Assembly (NCBI GenBank): GCA_016874135.1
Contig: VGVE01000006.1
Location: 1,085-65,084 of the forward strand
DNA length: 64,000 nucleotides
Source: Gammaproteobacteria bacterium
GTDB taxonomy: Bacteria; Pseudomonadota; Gammaproteobacteria; Pseudomonadales; Azotimanducaceae
Reading direction: 5' to 3'
This document shows, piece after piece, positions 36,621 through 46,235 of the stretch. Below the pieces are notes generated by a model, which worked only from the letters and a program-made list of their open reading frames with translations, was not told where the DNA came from and did no database searches. How positions within the stretch are numbered: position 1 is the first letter of the stretch; every line of letters starts with the position of its first letter. The translations under genes and the position numbers were made by a program.

Positions 36621-37481
36621 TCAGCCGATTACGGTCGCGGCACTTTCCGGTGCAACCCGGTTCTCGATGAATCCCAGACGATCGATCTCGATCTTCACCA
36701 CATCACCAGCCTTCAGGAACTTCGGCGGCTTCATGGCCGCGCCCACGCCGGAAGGCGTACCCATGAAAAGCACATCCCCCGCATCGAGCGTAAACGCCTG
36801 CGACAGGTGGGCGACGGCGTCGAAGCAGTTGAAGATCAGGTGTTTCGTATTCGAGTTCTGCCGCAATTCCCCATTGACCCAGCTGCGGATGTCGAGCGTG
36901 TGCGGATCACCCACTTCATCGGATGTCACCATCCAGGGGCCGATCGGGCCATGGGTATCGAATGACTTGCCGATCTGCATCGTTTGTGCCCGCATCTGCC
37001 AGTCACGCACGCTGACATCGTTGCCCACGCAATAGCCGGCAATCACTTCCTGTGCTCGCTCTCTCGGGACGTGTTTGCAACGGTTGCCGATGATCACCAC
37101 CAGTTCCGCCTCGTAGTCGAGCGCTGACGATACAGAAGGCAGGTTGATGGTGTTGTATGGCCCGTTGATGCAGTTGTGCTGTTTGTTGAACCACATCTGG
37201 TGTTTGGGTGTGGCCATGCCGCTCTCCGCCACATGGTCGGCGTAGTTGAGGCCGATCGCCAGGATCTTGCCGGGATTGGTCACAGGGGCGTGCAGCTTGA
37301 CCTTGGCAAGTTCGAGAGTTGGCGCCGTCCGCGCCACGGTGTCACGTACGCGCAGCATTGCGGCGTCACCGCCGCGAAGCAGATCCAGCATGGTTCCCGG
37401 AAGTTCGATGACCTGCTGGCCACGAACCGCACCAAGGCGCGGGAAGGGTGTATCTGCAGTTGAGAAGGAGATGAGTTTCAT
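36621..37481 (-). CDS. Fumarylacetoacetate hydrolase (FAH) family protein
   Basis: 286 aa. ...KILAIGLNYADHVAE..., YEAELVVIIG and LFMGTPSGVG are typical FAH-family blocks. Confidence 0.8.
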   Translation of the reverse strand: MKLISFSTADTPFPRLGAVRGQQVIELPGTMLDLLRGGDAAMLRVRDTVARTAPTLELAKVKLHAPVTNPGKILAIGLNYADHVAESGMATPKHQMWFNKQHNCINGPYNTINLPSVSSALDYEAELVVIIGNRCKHVPRERAQEVIAGYCVGNDVSVRDWQMRAQTMQIGKSFDTHGPIGPWMVTSDEVGDPHTLDIRSWVNGELRQNSNTKHLIFNCFDAVAHLSQAFTLDAGDVLFMGTPSGVGAAMKPPKFLKAGDVVKIEIDRLGFIENRVAPESAATVIG

Positions 37482-39198
37482 CGTGGCTCCTGTAGCGTGA
37501 GTTGATGTGTGAGCGCTGCCACCAGACCGTTGGCATCGTGGTTCTGATCACTGTGGCCGAAGATGTAACGGTCGGGTCGGACCAGAACGACATCCGCATC
37601 GTTGAAGATGCGATCGAAGCGACCACGAACCACGCTCAATCCGTCGATTTGGATTATGCGCCCACCAATGGACTGGAATAGCGACCGATTGGCGGGTGTG
37701 AGCTGAACTGAAGCCGCGGTTCTTCCCACCAGCGCGAAATCCTCACCGAGAAGATCATCCAGACGGCATTCACGGCCCGCAGCATCGCGCACCACCGGTT
37801 GTGCGAACAGATGTCCGGTGGCGCCCTGTTCACTCACCTGTTCGGCAATGATAACGCCTGATTTAAGGGGTGGTTGCCCGCGACCCTGGCCGTAGCCCGC
37901 AGCCTTGAGTCCGCCTGGCGTCTGCGGTGGCGTTCGTCCTTCACGCTGCGCGAGTTCGACATCGGCCATGTGTTCCATGAGGCGACCAATGGATACCGCC
38001 CACTCGATCAGATCCTCCGCATGTGCCTGTCTTTCCGCCTGATAGGAATCGAGCAGCTTCTCTGAACACACACCGTTGATGACCAGTGGCAGTTTCCACG
38101 CAAGATTCACGGCATCCCGCATCACGGTGTTCATGCCCTGGCCAAGAAAAGGGGGTGTCTGATGCGCTGCATCACCTGCGATGAGGATGCGTCCTTCGCG
38201 CCAGCTCTGCGCCGTGGCGGCATGAAACTGGTACACCGCTGCGCGAACGATTTCGCAGGTTCCGCGTGGCGTCCACGGATCGATGAGCGACAGGATGCGC
38301 TCCGGGTCGAGCATCATTTCCCGGGTTTCGCCTGGCAGCAGACGAAATTCCCAGCGACGTCCGGGATCCTTCGTAGCCACATAAGTCGTCAGCCGGTCCG
38401 GATCACAGACCTGCAGCGTTGCATTGCCGAGGGTGTGACCGGGCCGGGTACGGACGTCCACGACCAGCCAGTCGTGGTCATAACCAAGGCTTTTCCATTC
38501 GATGCCAAGGCTGCGCCGCGTAAAACTCGACGCGCCATCGCAGGCGATGAGCCATGGGGCGCTGATGTGTTTCAGTGAGTTTTCAGACGTGGTGACAGCC
38601 AGTGTTATCTGCGCGGCGTCCTGGGTCATCCCGCTGACCGTTGCCGGCACAAAACTGGTGATGTTCGGGTGTCGCAGCACCTGTTCACGCAGATAACTTT
38701 CAAGTTCGGGCTGGGAAAAAAAATTGGCGGGTTGCCAGCCATTCAGACCGAAATCCACACTGTCGCCACCAAAAACCCCTCGCGGCGTGAGTTCGCAAAT
38801 CCGGCGCGGTCACCGGGACGGATCTTCTGCAGCATTGCGTCCACCGCTGCCGCATGTCCTGACGGCTGTAGCGCGCGGACGATCTCGCCATCGAGCATCA
38901 CGGCTCTCGGTAAGGCGTACACCTCTGCATCCCGTTCAATGGCGGCAACGCGCAGTCCACGCGAGGCCAGCAAGAGGCTCATGAGTGCGCCTACCGGTCC
39001 GAGTCCGAGTACAGCGACGTCGAATTGGTGTGTTGTCAGTTCGAGAATCCTGCTTGTAGAACGACCTTTGGCGCTCGGGCTGCGGCCTTCGCGACGCCCT
39101 CGATGATCGCCGGCATAGGGGCAGGCTTGAACAACATCGCCCTGAGTTGAAAGGACTTGCCAAGAATGAGAGTCAATACAGTATGGAATTGGTGTCAA
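37478..39198 (-). pseudogene. MhpA-like FAD-dependent aromatic-ring hydroxylase, split by a frameshift in a homopolymer run
   Basis: The upstream ORF (38743-39198) carries FDVAVLGLGPVGALMSLLLASRGLRVAAIERD (GxGxxG) and ends ...FANSRREGFLVATVWISV*. The downstream ORF (37478-38758) continues in the -1 frame as (GVFGGDS)VDFGLNGWQPANFFSQPELE...ACDGASSF...LIAGDAAHQTPPFLGQGMNTVMRDAVNLAWKL. The junction is at the GGGGTTTTT run (C4A5 on the plus strand, 38771-38779). The true start codon is unclear. Confidence 0.75.
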
Positions 39199-39364
39199 AC
39201 AAGGCAGTCGCGGAACATCAGCTCGTGCCTGGGACTACACAACACCGGCTGAACCAGCTGGGGTTCTCGCCGGTAAAAACGGCGCGTACAGTGGAGCGAA
39301 GGTTTCGCCGTCTCGGCGAGAACCAGTGGGTGGGTGCGCAGTCAGAATTCAAGAGGGAAGAACT

Positions 39365-40423
39365 GTGAAGAAGTGGTTGCTGATTGCAGGAGTCGTGCTG
39401 GTGCTTTTGCTCGTGGTGAGCAGTTTCGTGCTGACCCGACCAGCCTTTGATGCACGGCTCGAAGGTGATCCGCTCCAGGGGCTCAAGATCCTGCCTTTGG
39501 AGCAGGGGTTGACTCTTGCGAGGTCATCAAGTGAAGAAACAACGCGCCTCCTGCTCGTGAGGGAAGCAACCTCTGAAGGGCTCAAGGTGGTTGATGTGGG
39601 CCGGGCTACAGGTCGCCCTCTCGATGATCCGATGGTCGCCCTGACGCTCTTTGGATACGACGAACTCGACTACATCGCCCGCAAAGGTGTTGAAGAGCTT
39701 GTCAGCATCGACACGCTGACCGTCCCCCTGGTCGCCGGTGAGTCGCACATCGCTGCCGGTACGAACTACAAGGCGCATGCCGAAGAGACCGGAATTGAAG
39801 GGGGCCCCTTCCTGTTTCCAAAGTTGACAACGGCTACCGGCTGGAATGCTGCAGTTCCCATGCGGACCCGGCTCGACTACGAAGCGGAACTCTGCGCTGT
39901 TCCCCTGAGTCGTGTCATATCAGGTGGCGAGGTCCAGTTCGGTTACGTGCTCTGCAACGACTTTACTGACCGTTGGCCTCTGGCGCGCGATGTCGACTTT
40001 GATCAGCCGATGGGTACCACCGGCTTTCCAGAGGGAAAGGGAGGCCCGGGCATGATGCCGCTCGGTCCTTTTTTGCTGGTCCCTCGTGATCACAAGGGTT
40101 TCTATCCGGAGGTTGAGCTCGAACTCTACTTGAATGGAGATCTTCGTCAGAAGTCGATGGCTGGCCTCATGATCTGGTCGCCGCAGGAGATCGCAGAGCA
40201 AGCCCTTGCAGCCTGTGAGCAGGACTACATCAAGGGAGAAGAGAAACTTCGATTGGTGGACTGTGAAGGCATCAGCGGCGGATCGATCCTGTTAACCGGC
40301 ACGCCGGAAGGCGTATTGATGCATCAAGCGACGATCTGGAATCCGCTGGCTTACCTGCGGACGGGTGATGAGGTGATCCTTAGGGCCCGTTACTGCGGGG
40401 TGCTCAGGAACGTGGTCGAGTAG
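39365..40423 (+). CDS. FAH-family protein with an N-terminal signal or anchor
   Basis: GTG at 39365 follows GAGGGAAG. VKKWLLIAGVVLVLLLVVSSF is followed by ...AAGTNYKAHAEE..., YEAELCAV and LLTGTPEGV. Confidence 0.7.
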   Translation: MKKWLLIAGVVLVLLLVVSSFVLTRPAFDARLEGDPLQGLKILPLEQGLTLARSSSEETTRLLLVREATSEGLKVVDVGRATGRPLDDPMVALTLFGYDELDYIARKGVEELVSIDTLTVPLVAGESHIAAGTNYKAHAEETGIEGGPFLFPKLTTATGWNAAVPMRTRLDYEAELCAVPLSRVISGGEVQFGYVLCNDFTDRWPLARDVDFDQPMGTTGFPEGKGGPGMMPLGPFLLVPRDHKGFYPEVELELYLNGDLRQKSMAGLMIWSPQEIAEQALAACEQDYIKGEEKLRLVDCEGISGGSILLTGTPEGVLMHQATIWNPLAYLRTGDEVILRARYCGVLRNVVE

Positions 40424-40561
40424 CCAAGTCTCTTTCACCGGTGACCTGACGAAGTCCTCGGCCTCAGCCGTGGATTGGACTGCGGCATCGACAATTCTGG
40501 CAGGTTCACGAAAAGAGGTATTCAATCTCCGGGTTTTCCCCAAGGCTTCCAGAGGGATATC

Positions 40562-40945
40562 GTGACCATTCGTAGCATCACACCGCAGCTGCGTACTACG
40601 GATCTTGCCAAGACCTTGCATTTCTACACCCAGGTGCTCGGTTTGATCGAAACCTTCCGGTTTCAGGATTTTTATGCCGGGGTAGCGACGGGCACCGGGA
40701 CTGGAAGACAGGAGATCCACCTTAAGCAGGTCGACGAACGGGATGTTTCCATCGATGCGGTGCGGCGGGATGGTCATCTGCACCTGTACTTCGACGTGGC
40801 TGATGTTGATGCCTTTGCTTCACGGCTGGTAGCAGCGGGGGTGGTGCTGGTACAGCCGCCCCACGAGACGGCGTGGGGTATACGCGAGATAACCTTCGAA
40901 GATGACCAGGGCCATACGCTCTACGCCGGTGAGCCGCGCAGCTGA
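40562..40945 (+). CDS. VOC-family (glyoxalase/bleomycin-resistance fold) protein
   Basis: GTG at 40562 follows GAGGGA. VTIRSITPQLRTTDLAKTLHFYTQVLGL...HLYFDVADVDAF...WGIREITFEDDQGHTLY. Confidence 0.65.
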   Translation: MTIRSITPQLRTTDLAKTLHFYTQVLGLIETFRFQDFYAGVATGTGTGRQEIHLKQVDERDVSIDAVRRDGHLHLYFDVADVDAFASRLVAAGVVLVQPPHETAWGIREITFEDDQGHTLYAGEPRS

Positions 40946-40963
40946 GGCGCGCTCTGCAGAGGA

Positions 40964-41632
40964 TTACTGGATACCCTGATTGCGCTTTTCGTGTTCCGCC
41001 CATTCCTGCACGTTGCTGCCGTATTCGATCATCACATGTTTGCGATAGGCCGGCCGGGTGGTCAGTCGCTGATACCACGCCTCCATGGCCGGCAATGCCG
41101 GGCGTTCGATGGGCAACGTCATATAGCGGTACATCATCGCGCCAATGGCGATATCGGCAGTGCCGAGCTTCGGACCGCTGATGAAGTCTCGCCCCTCAAG
41201 CTGCCTGTTTAGCTGGGAGAAGATCCGGGCGCACTCCTGCACACAACGTTCGATTTTTTCCGGCGTGGAAGGGAGCCCGCGAATCAGCATCTGGAAAAGC
41301 GGAAAGAAACCGTTGGAAATGTCACTTCGTTGCCACTCCATCCACATGTCGGAGGTGGCAAGCTGTGCTGCGTCATCGGGCCAGAGTGTGCCCTTGCCGT
41401 AGGTCCGGGCGAGATAACGCACGCAGGCATTCGACTCCCACACCACCAGCTCGCCGTCCCGGATCGTCGGCACCACCTTGACCGGATTCGGGTAGTCCGA
41501 CGGATACCCGAAAGAAGCGCCCACATCGATGCGCTGGTAGGCTAGATCAAGCTCACCGAGTGTCCACATGACTTTTTGCACGTTGGCGGAATTGCGCCGG
41601 CCGAGAACCGTAATCACAGGCAGTCTCCACAA
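40964..41632 (-). CDS. Glutathione S-transferase family protein
   Basis: 222 aa. ...NVQKVMWTLGELDLAYQRIDVG...VPTIRDGELVVWESNACVRYLA... is a thioredoxin-like N-domain, followed by a helical C-domain. Confidence 0.75.
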   Translation of the reverse strand: MWRLPVITVLGRRNSANVQKVMWTLGELDLAYQRIDVGASFGYPSDYPNPVKVVPTIRDGELVVWESNACVRYLARTYGKGTLWPDDAAQLATSDMWMEWQRSDISNGFFPLFQMLIRGLPSTPEKIERCVQECARIFSQLNRQLEGRDFISGPKLGTADIAIGAMMYRYMTLPIERPALPAMEAWYQRLTTRPAYRKHVMIEYGSNVQEWAEHEKRNQGIQ

Positions 41633-41746
41633 AGTTCGACTGGATTATGCGTTGACGCGCCTCACGCTGTCTCGCCGCTGATTCGGCTTCGAGGCCGCCC
41701 TATACTGCTGGCTAAATGTGAATGGTCTCTGCGTGGAATTCTGCTT

Positions 41747-42352
41747 ATGGAACTTTTGCTCATCCGGCATGGCCTGCCGCTGCATGTCGAAACACAGGAT
41801 GGCTCGCCGGCTGATCCTCCACTCTCCGATATCGGCCGCGTACAGGCGAAACGGGTTGCCGATTGGCTGGCCCGGGAGAAGATCGACCGCCTGTACACAA
41901 GCCCGATGGCACGTGCCGCCCAGACCGCGGAACCCCTCGCGGAAAAGCTTGGCCTGCAGGCTGAGCCTCGCGAAGGTGTTGCTGAGTACGATCGCAACGC
42001 CACTGCGTACATCCCGACGGAAAAGCTCAAGGAAATCGACTACGACCGCTGGAAGAGGTTGATGTATGGAGACATCGATGCCGACTTTCATCACTTTGCG
42101 CACACCGCCATCGACAGCATCGAAGGCATCGTGCGCGACAACTCAGGCAAACGGGTGGCGGTGACCTGCCACGGCGGCGTAATCAACGTCTGGACTTCGC
42201 ACGTGCTTGGCATGGCGCCGCGCATGTTCTTCAACCCCGACTACACCAGCATCCACCGCTACATGTGTGCCGGTACCGGCGAGCGGACGATCCGGGTGCT
42301 CAATGAAGCGGTCCACCTGCGGACGACATTGCCCGCTCTCGGGAGAAGTTGA
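41747..42352 (+). CDS. Histidine phosphatase (phosphoglycerate mutase-like) family protein
   Basis: MELLLIRHGLP (RHG motif) ...LSDIGRVQA...TCHGGVINV. Start set at the ATG at 41747. Confidence 0.75.
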   Translation: MELLLIRHGLPLHVETQDGSPADPPLSDIGRVQAKRVADWLAREKIDRLYTSPMARAAQTAEPLAEKLGLQAEPREGVAEYDRNATAYIPTEKLKEIDYDRWKRLMYGDIDADFHHFAHTAIDSIEGIVRDNSGKRVAVTCHGGVINVWTSHVLGMAPRMFFNPDYTSIHRYMCAGTGERTIRVLNEAVHLRTTLPALGRS

Positions 42353-42364
42353 AGAAGCAGTCGC

Positions 42365-42832
42365 TCATTCGCGGTCCGGATTCCGCCAGATCGGTCCGCG
42401 TGCCTTCACCGGGTCGAGCAAAGCCCAGTCGCCTTCATGGACTTCAAAACCCTTCGGAAAAGGTGGTCGAGCTTCCATGCCGAGGCTGTGCATGACCCGG
42501 TCGTCGCGGTAGTAACAGCGTGCCGTTGCAGTGATCAGCGCTGCAATAAGGAGCGGGTGCTCCTGTCTGACTGGTTCGAGCACGGCCTGATGTTGTTCGA
42601 TAGGAAGACCCACGAATGAACCCCCGGACCTTTCATCGAGTATCCCGATCAGCTGTTGGATGGCGACGGTTTCCCGTCCGAGCGACTTCAGGATGTCCGC
42701 GAAGATAAGTGGATCATCCGCTCCGGGTACGCCGTGTTCATCACTTGCCGGAATCATGCTGCCGACGAGCACGGCAAGTGTCCGGCTTTGGGCCGAGGTT
42801 AGCTTCGCCTGAAAATGAATCTCGGTTTTCAT
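42365..42832 (-). CDS. Gluconate 2-dehydrogenase subunit 3-like small protein
   Basis: 155 aa. LTSAQSRTLAVLVGSMIPASDEHGVPGADD...CYYRDDRVMHSLG. It overlaps the upstream GMC gene by 4 nt. I see no twin-arginine signal. Confidence 0.6.
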   Translation of the reverse strand: MKTEIHFQAKLTSAQSRTLAVLVGSMIPASDEHGVPGADDPLIFADILKSLGRETVAIQQLIGILDERSGGSFVGLPIEQHQAVLEPVRQEHPLLIAALITATARCYYRDDRVMHSLGMEARPPFPKGFEVHEGDWALLDPVKARGPIWRNPDRE

Positions 42833-44505
42833 GCGTCGGCGTCGAACAGATTGGCGAGACGTTTTTTGATGTTATCCGCCACATGCAAGGCGATCGCCTG
42901 AATCGTTGCGGTCGGATTCACACCACCCGACGTGACGAATACGCTGCCGTCGACGATGAAAAGGTTTTTTACGTCGTGGGCACGTCCCCAGGAGTTAACT
43001 ACAGAGTTCTCCGGGTCATCGCCCATGCGTGCTGTACCCAACAGATGCCAGCCGCCGTTGAGGATGGGCGCCTCACTCTGTATTTCCCTCGCGCCCGCAG
43101 TTTCGAGGATTTCCCTGCCTCGTTCGATTGCGAAGGCCAGCATGGCGCGGCTGTTGGCACTCAGTTGGTATTCGATGCGCGGCGCAGGGATGCCGTTGGC
43201 ATCCTTGAGTACCGGATCGAGGGTCACGCGGTTGTGAGCTTCCGGCAGATCCTCGCAGATGGCTGCCATGGAAATGCTGCGATCAAACAGCATTCGATAA
43301 GCCTCGTGATGGCCGCTTCCCCAGGGAATCAGCCCGGTCATCATGCCGACCATGGCAGTCAATGCCGGTCCCATGCCGCGGTTGAACTGAAACGTAAATC
43401 CGCGCACGAATCCCCGCGTTCGATCCGTTTCGTAGAACTGTTGGCTCCAGGTGCCGACGTGCGGACCGCGATGGCCATCGAGCGGTCGATCAAAGAATCC
43501 CCTGATTGAGGCATAGGGGTGAAACATCAGGTTGCGCCCCACAAGGCCAGTCGAATTCGCGAGGCCGTTCGGGAAGCGGTTGCTGGTGGAATTCAGCAAC
43601 AGTCGTGGTGTGCCGACGCCGTTGCAGGCCACAACGACCACGTCAGCAGGCTGGAACTGCTCGACACCTGAAACATCGAAGTACACCGCTCCATTCGCCA
43701 TGCCGGATGCATCCACGGTGATCTCGCGAACACGGGCACGCGTACGCAGTTCCACGCGCTGACGAATGGCATGCGGCCAGTAGGTGATATCGGTGCTGGC
43801 TTTTGCACCTTGTGCGCATCCCGCCATGCAGTTGCCAAGATTGATGCAACGCCCGCGCCCGTCGTAGTCCTTCGTTGCCATGGCGGTGTCCGCAGGCCAC
43901 CAGTGCCAGCCGAGGGTGTTGAGGGCGCGGCCATACGTCGTACCGGTGTGGCCAAGGGGTAGCGGCGGCAGTACCGCCTCCTTGGGTGGATAGGCCGGAT
44001 CGCCGGCGAGGCCAGAGATCCCCATCATGCGATCGTTCAAAGCAAACCAGGGTTCAAGCGTCGGATAGTCGATGGGCCAGTCGTCCGCAACACCGTCCAG
44101 GGAGCGCACCCGGAAATCTGACGGATGTAATCTGGGGAAGTGACCCGCATAGAGAATCGTGCCACCACCCACACCATTGAAGTTCACCACCTTGATGGGC
44201 GAACCACTGTCATTGATCGGATAGTCTGCGGGACTGCGGCGCACGTTCGGATTGATGTTGAAGTCGGTGAATTGCCGCTCTTCCCAGTCGCGGCCATTGC
44301 TCGGGTAGTCAGTGGGTTTTACCCAGTCTCCCTGTTCGAGACAGACGATGCGCATGCGCGTTTCGGCAAGACTCCAGGCAACCGCGGCGCCTGAGGCGCC
44401 AGCGCCGATGATGAGGACGTCCGCCCGTTCCAGCTGGCTCAATGGTCTCTCGATACGAGGCTTGATGATTGTGAGGAGCATGCCTCCTCGATTTCGAAGG
44501 CTCAA
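42829..44505 (-). CDS. GMC-family FAD oxidoreductase
   Basis: 558 aa. ADVLIIGAGASGAAVAWSLAE (FAD), ...GRGRCINLGNCMAGCAQGAK..., and HLLGTARMG...NLFIVDGSVF at the C-terminus. Confidence 0.85.
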   Translation of the reverse strand: MSLRNRGGMLLTIIKPRIERPLSQLERADVLIIGAGASGAAVAWSLAETRMRIVCLEQGDWVKPTDYPSNGRDWEERQFTDFNINPNVRRSPADYPINDSGSPIKVVNFNGVGGGTILYAGHFPRLHPSDFRVRSLDGVADDWPIDYPTLEPWFALNDRMMGISGLAGDPAYPPKEAVLPPLPLGHTGTTYGRALNTLGWHWWPADTAMATKDYDGRGRCINLGNCMAGCAQGAKASTDITYWPHAIRQRVELRTRARVREITVDASGMANGAVYFDVSGVEQFQPADVVVVACNGVGTPRLLLNSTSNRFPNGLANSTGLVGRNLMFHPYASIRGFFDRPLDGHRGPHVGTWSQQFYETDRTRGFVRGFTFQFNRGMGPALTAMVGMMTGLIPWGSGHHEAYRMLFDRSISMAAICEDLPEAHNRVTLDPVLKDANGIPAPRIEYQLSANSRAMLAFAIERGREILETAGAREIQSEAPILNGGWHLLGTARMGDDPENSVVNSWGRAHDVKNLFIVDGSVFVTSGGVNPTATIQAIALHVADNIKKRLANLFDADA

Positions 44506-44593
44506 GTTGGCGATCTATTCAGGGTTGGCAAATCGCCTGCAGCCGTCCTTCAGGTGCTGGTATCCTCTATCCAGCCTCTGGCCGGAGACACCC

Positions 44594-45121
44594 ATGAGCG
44601 AAGAATCCGGATTCCGTTTCCGCGGCATCAACCACCTTGCGCTGACTTCTTCTGACATGGATCGAACCATCCGGTTCTATCGTGATGTCCTTGGCATGCC
44701 GCTGACCAAAACCATCGATTTCCCGGGCGGGCGCGGGAAGCACTATTTCTTCGATATTGGCGGCGGTGACAGCATCGCCTTTTTTGAGTTTCCAAAGGGG
44801 CCGAAGCCGGTTGACCGAAAGACTCTGGGTCAGATGGCTGCGACGCCCGGGATGATGCATCACGTCGCTTTCGACGTGGCGCCTGAAGACATCGAGAGAT
44901 ACCGCGACAGGCTTATCGCAAAGGGCATTGAGGTCACCGAGGTGGTGAACCACGACGATACCGAGAAAGGTGCCAGCCCTGAGATCAATGAGAGCACTTT
45001 CGTGCGCTCAATCTACTTCCGCGATCCAGACGGTTTTCAGCTCGAGTTTGCTGCGTGGGCCCGACCGCTGGTGGTGCAGGATGTGAAGCCAGAGTATCGG
45101 GACAACCAAGGCCGGGCGTAG
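44594..45121 (+). CDS. VOC-family (glyoxalase-fold) protein
   Basis: Start at the ATG at 44594. FRFRGINHLALTSSDMDRTIRFYRDVLGMPL...MHHVAFDV...IYFRDPDGFQLEF. Confidence 0.75.
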   Translation: MSEESGFRFRGINHLALTSSDMDRTIRFYRDVLGMPLTKTIDFPGGRGKHYFFDIGGGDSIAFFEFPKGPKPVDRKTLGQMAATPGMMHHVAFDVAPEDIERYRDRLIAKGIEVTEVVNHDDTEKGASPEINESTFVRSIYFRDPDGFQLEFAAWARPLVVQDVKPEYRDNQGRA

Positions 45122-45133
45122 TCCGAAGCGCGA

Positions 45134-45625
45134 TCAGCTTTTCTTCAATGCTGCGAGTTTGAAGTTGTCCCAGGTGACGATCGAATCCGGGATCATCACG
45201 ATCCATCGGCCGTGATCACCGCGAGCGGTCGCATTGTTCGGTGGCGGATTGGCGACAGCGGGTGAGCCGTGACCGCCGTTGTACTTGCGGCCCATCTGGA
45301 TTCGCGCCTCCTGCAGATGCGGGTCAGCCGCCTCAGCTGCTGCATCTTCCAGCACGTAGGCATTGCCCTGCAGCGTCACCGCCTGCAATTCAGGGAATCG
45401 TTCATTGCGATCGACAACGATCGAACATGACGGCGCTCGACGCAGGTTCACTACCTTCTGTCCACGACCATGGATATACACCCGCCCGCCCGCCCAACCG
45501 AACCACATCGGTGTGAGGTTGATCTTTGTGCCGGGGCCGATCGTCGCGATGCGGCAGTTCCAGCTGCTGGTCATGATTTCGGTGATCTGGGATTCGTCGA
45601 GGGCAAGTTTTTTTGATATGGGCAT
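45134..45625 (-). CDS. PPOX-class split-beta-barrel flavoprotein, last gene of the F420 gene string
   Basis: 163 aa. ...ITEIMTSSWNCRIATIGPGTKINLTPMWFGWAGGRVYIHGRGQKVVNLRRAPSCSIVVD... is a PNPOx-like core. Confidence 0.7.
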   Translation of the reverse strand: MPISKKLALDESQITEIMTSSWNCRIATIGPGTKINLTPMWFGWAGGRVYIHGRGQKVVNLRRAPSCSIVVDRNERFPELQAVTLQGNAYVLEDAAAEAADPHLQEARIQMGRKYNGGHGSPAVANPPPNNATARGDHGRWIVMIPDSIVTWDNFKLAALKKS

Positions 45626-45685
45626 GCGTTCTATCCAGGTGGTTGAGCGTGGCGTTAATGGAACTGGATCATACCCTTTGGCGCT

Positions 45686-46144
45686 TCAATCCAGCCGCAC
45701 CGGATCAAGAACGGTACCCGGCGGATAGTTGTCCGCAATCTGGAACATGCCATCAAGGGTAATCACCGCACTCATGGTGACTGTGCCATCGGCGCCGATT
45801 TCGGCTGGACCGAGGTTAGCGATGACACACCGGCCTTTGTTCATGGGTGCTTCGTTTGCGGTGAGGACAAGCCCCTTCTCTCCGACCTCGATACCGAGAT
45901 CCGAGAGCGTTGAATGGAGCATACCGCCATGCGCATCGAATGCGACTGAACCCTGAAAGCGCATCGCCCCGGTGGCTGAGCCGTCCGGCGCGATGCTGAG
46001 ATCGCCGCCCGGAAGCGCGTTGAACGCAAAAGTTCCATCGTCGGCCTGAGTGGCGCCGTCAGTCAGCGTCACGGTTCCTTCGACCGCTTGGACATAGCCG
46101 CGAAAGCTGACCTTTACGCCCCAGGTGAGCCGGTTGAATCCCAT
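45686..46144 (-). CDS. Stand-alone HtaA-domain protein with no signal peptide
   Basis: Start set at the ATG at 46142-46144. MGFNRLTWGVKVSFRGYVQAVEGTVTLTDGA...FAFN...MRFQGSVAFDAHGGMLHSTLSDLGIEV...ADNYPPGTVLDPVRLD follows the HtaA-domain pattern (W-G-x-K-x-SF-x-x-Y ... F-x-G ... H-x-G-x-L). Confidence 0.6.
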   Translation of the reverse strand: MGFNRLTWGVKVSFRGYVQAVEGTVTLTDGATQADDGTFAFNALPGGDLSIAPDGSATGAMRFQGSVAFDAHGGMLHSTLSDLGIEVGEKGLVLTANEAPMNKGRCVIANLGPAEIGADGTVTMSAVITLDGMFQIADNYPPGTVLDPVRLD

Positions 46145-46235
46145 GGTTTTTCCGAAAGTCTCGAGAAGCCAAGAATGGTGCAGACGGCCGGGAATTGCAC
46201 CTCGTCGGATTTGATCGCGGAGCTGGATGCGGTCG

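Noticed and set aside
38771-38779. Programmed -1 ribosomal frameshift at GGGGTTTTT in the MhpA-like gene
   Set aside because: The zero-frame codons (gag-ggg-ttt-ttg) do not form a canonical X-XXY-YYZ heptamer. I see no obvious downstream stimulatory hairpin or pseudoknot. This enzyme family is not known to use recoding. A 1-nt indel in a homopolymer is simpler.
39063-39164. 33-codon minus-strand ORF (MLFKPAPMPAIIEGVAKAAARAPKVVLQAGFSN) just upstream of the FAD motif of the MhpA-like gene
   Set aside because: It is too short and has no recognisable homology. It may simply reflect additional damage at the 5' end of the pseudogene, so I did not report it as a gene.
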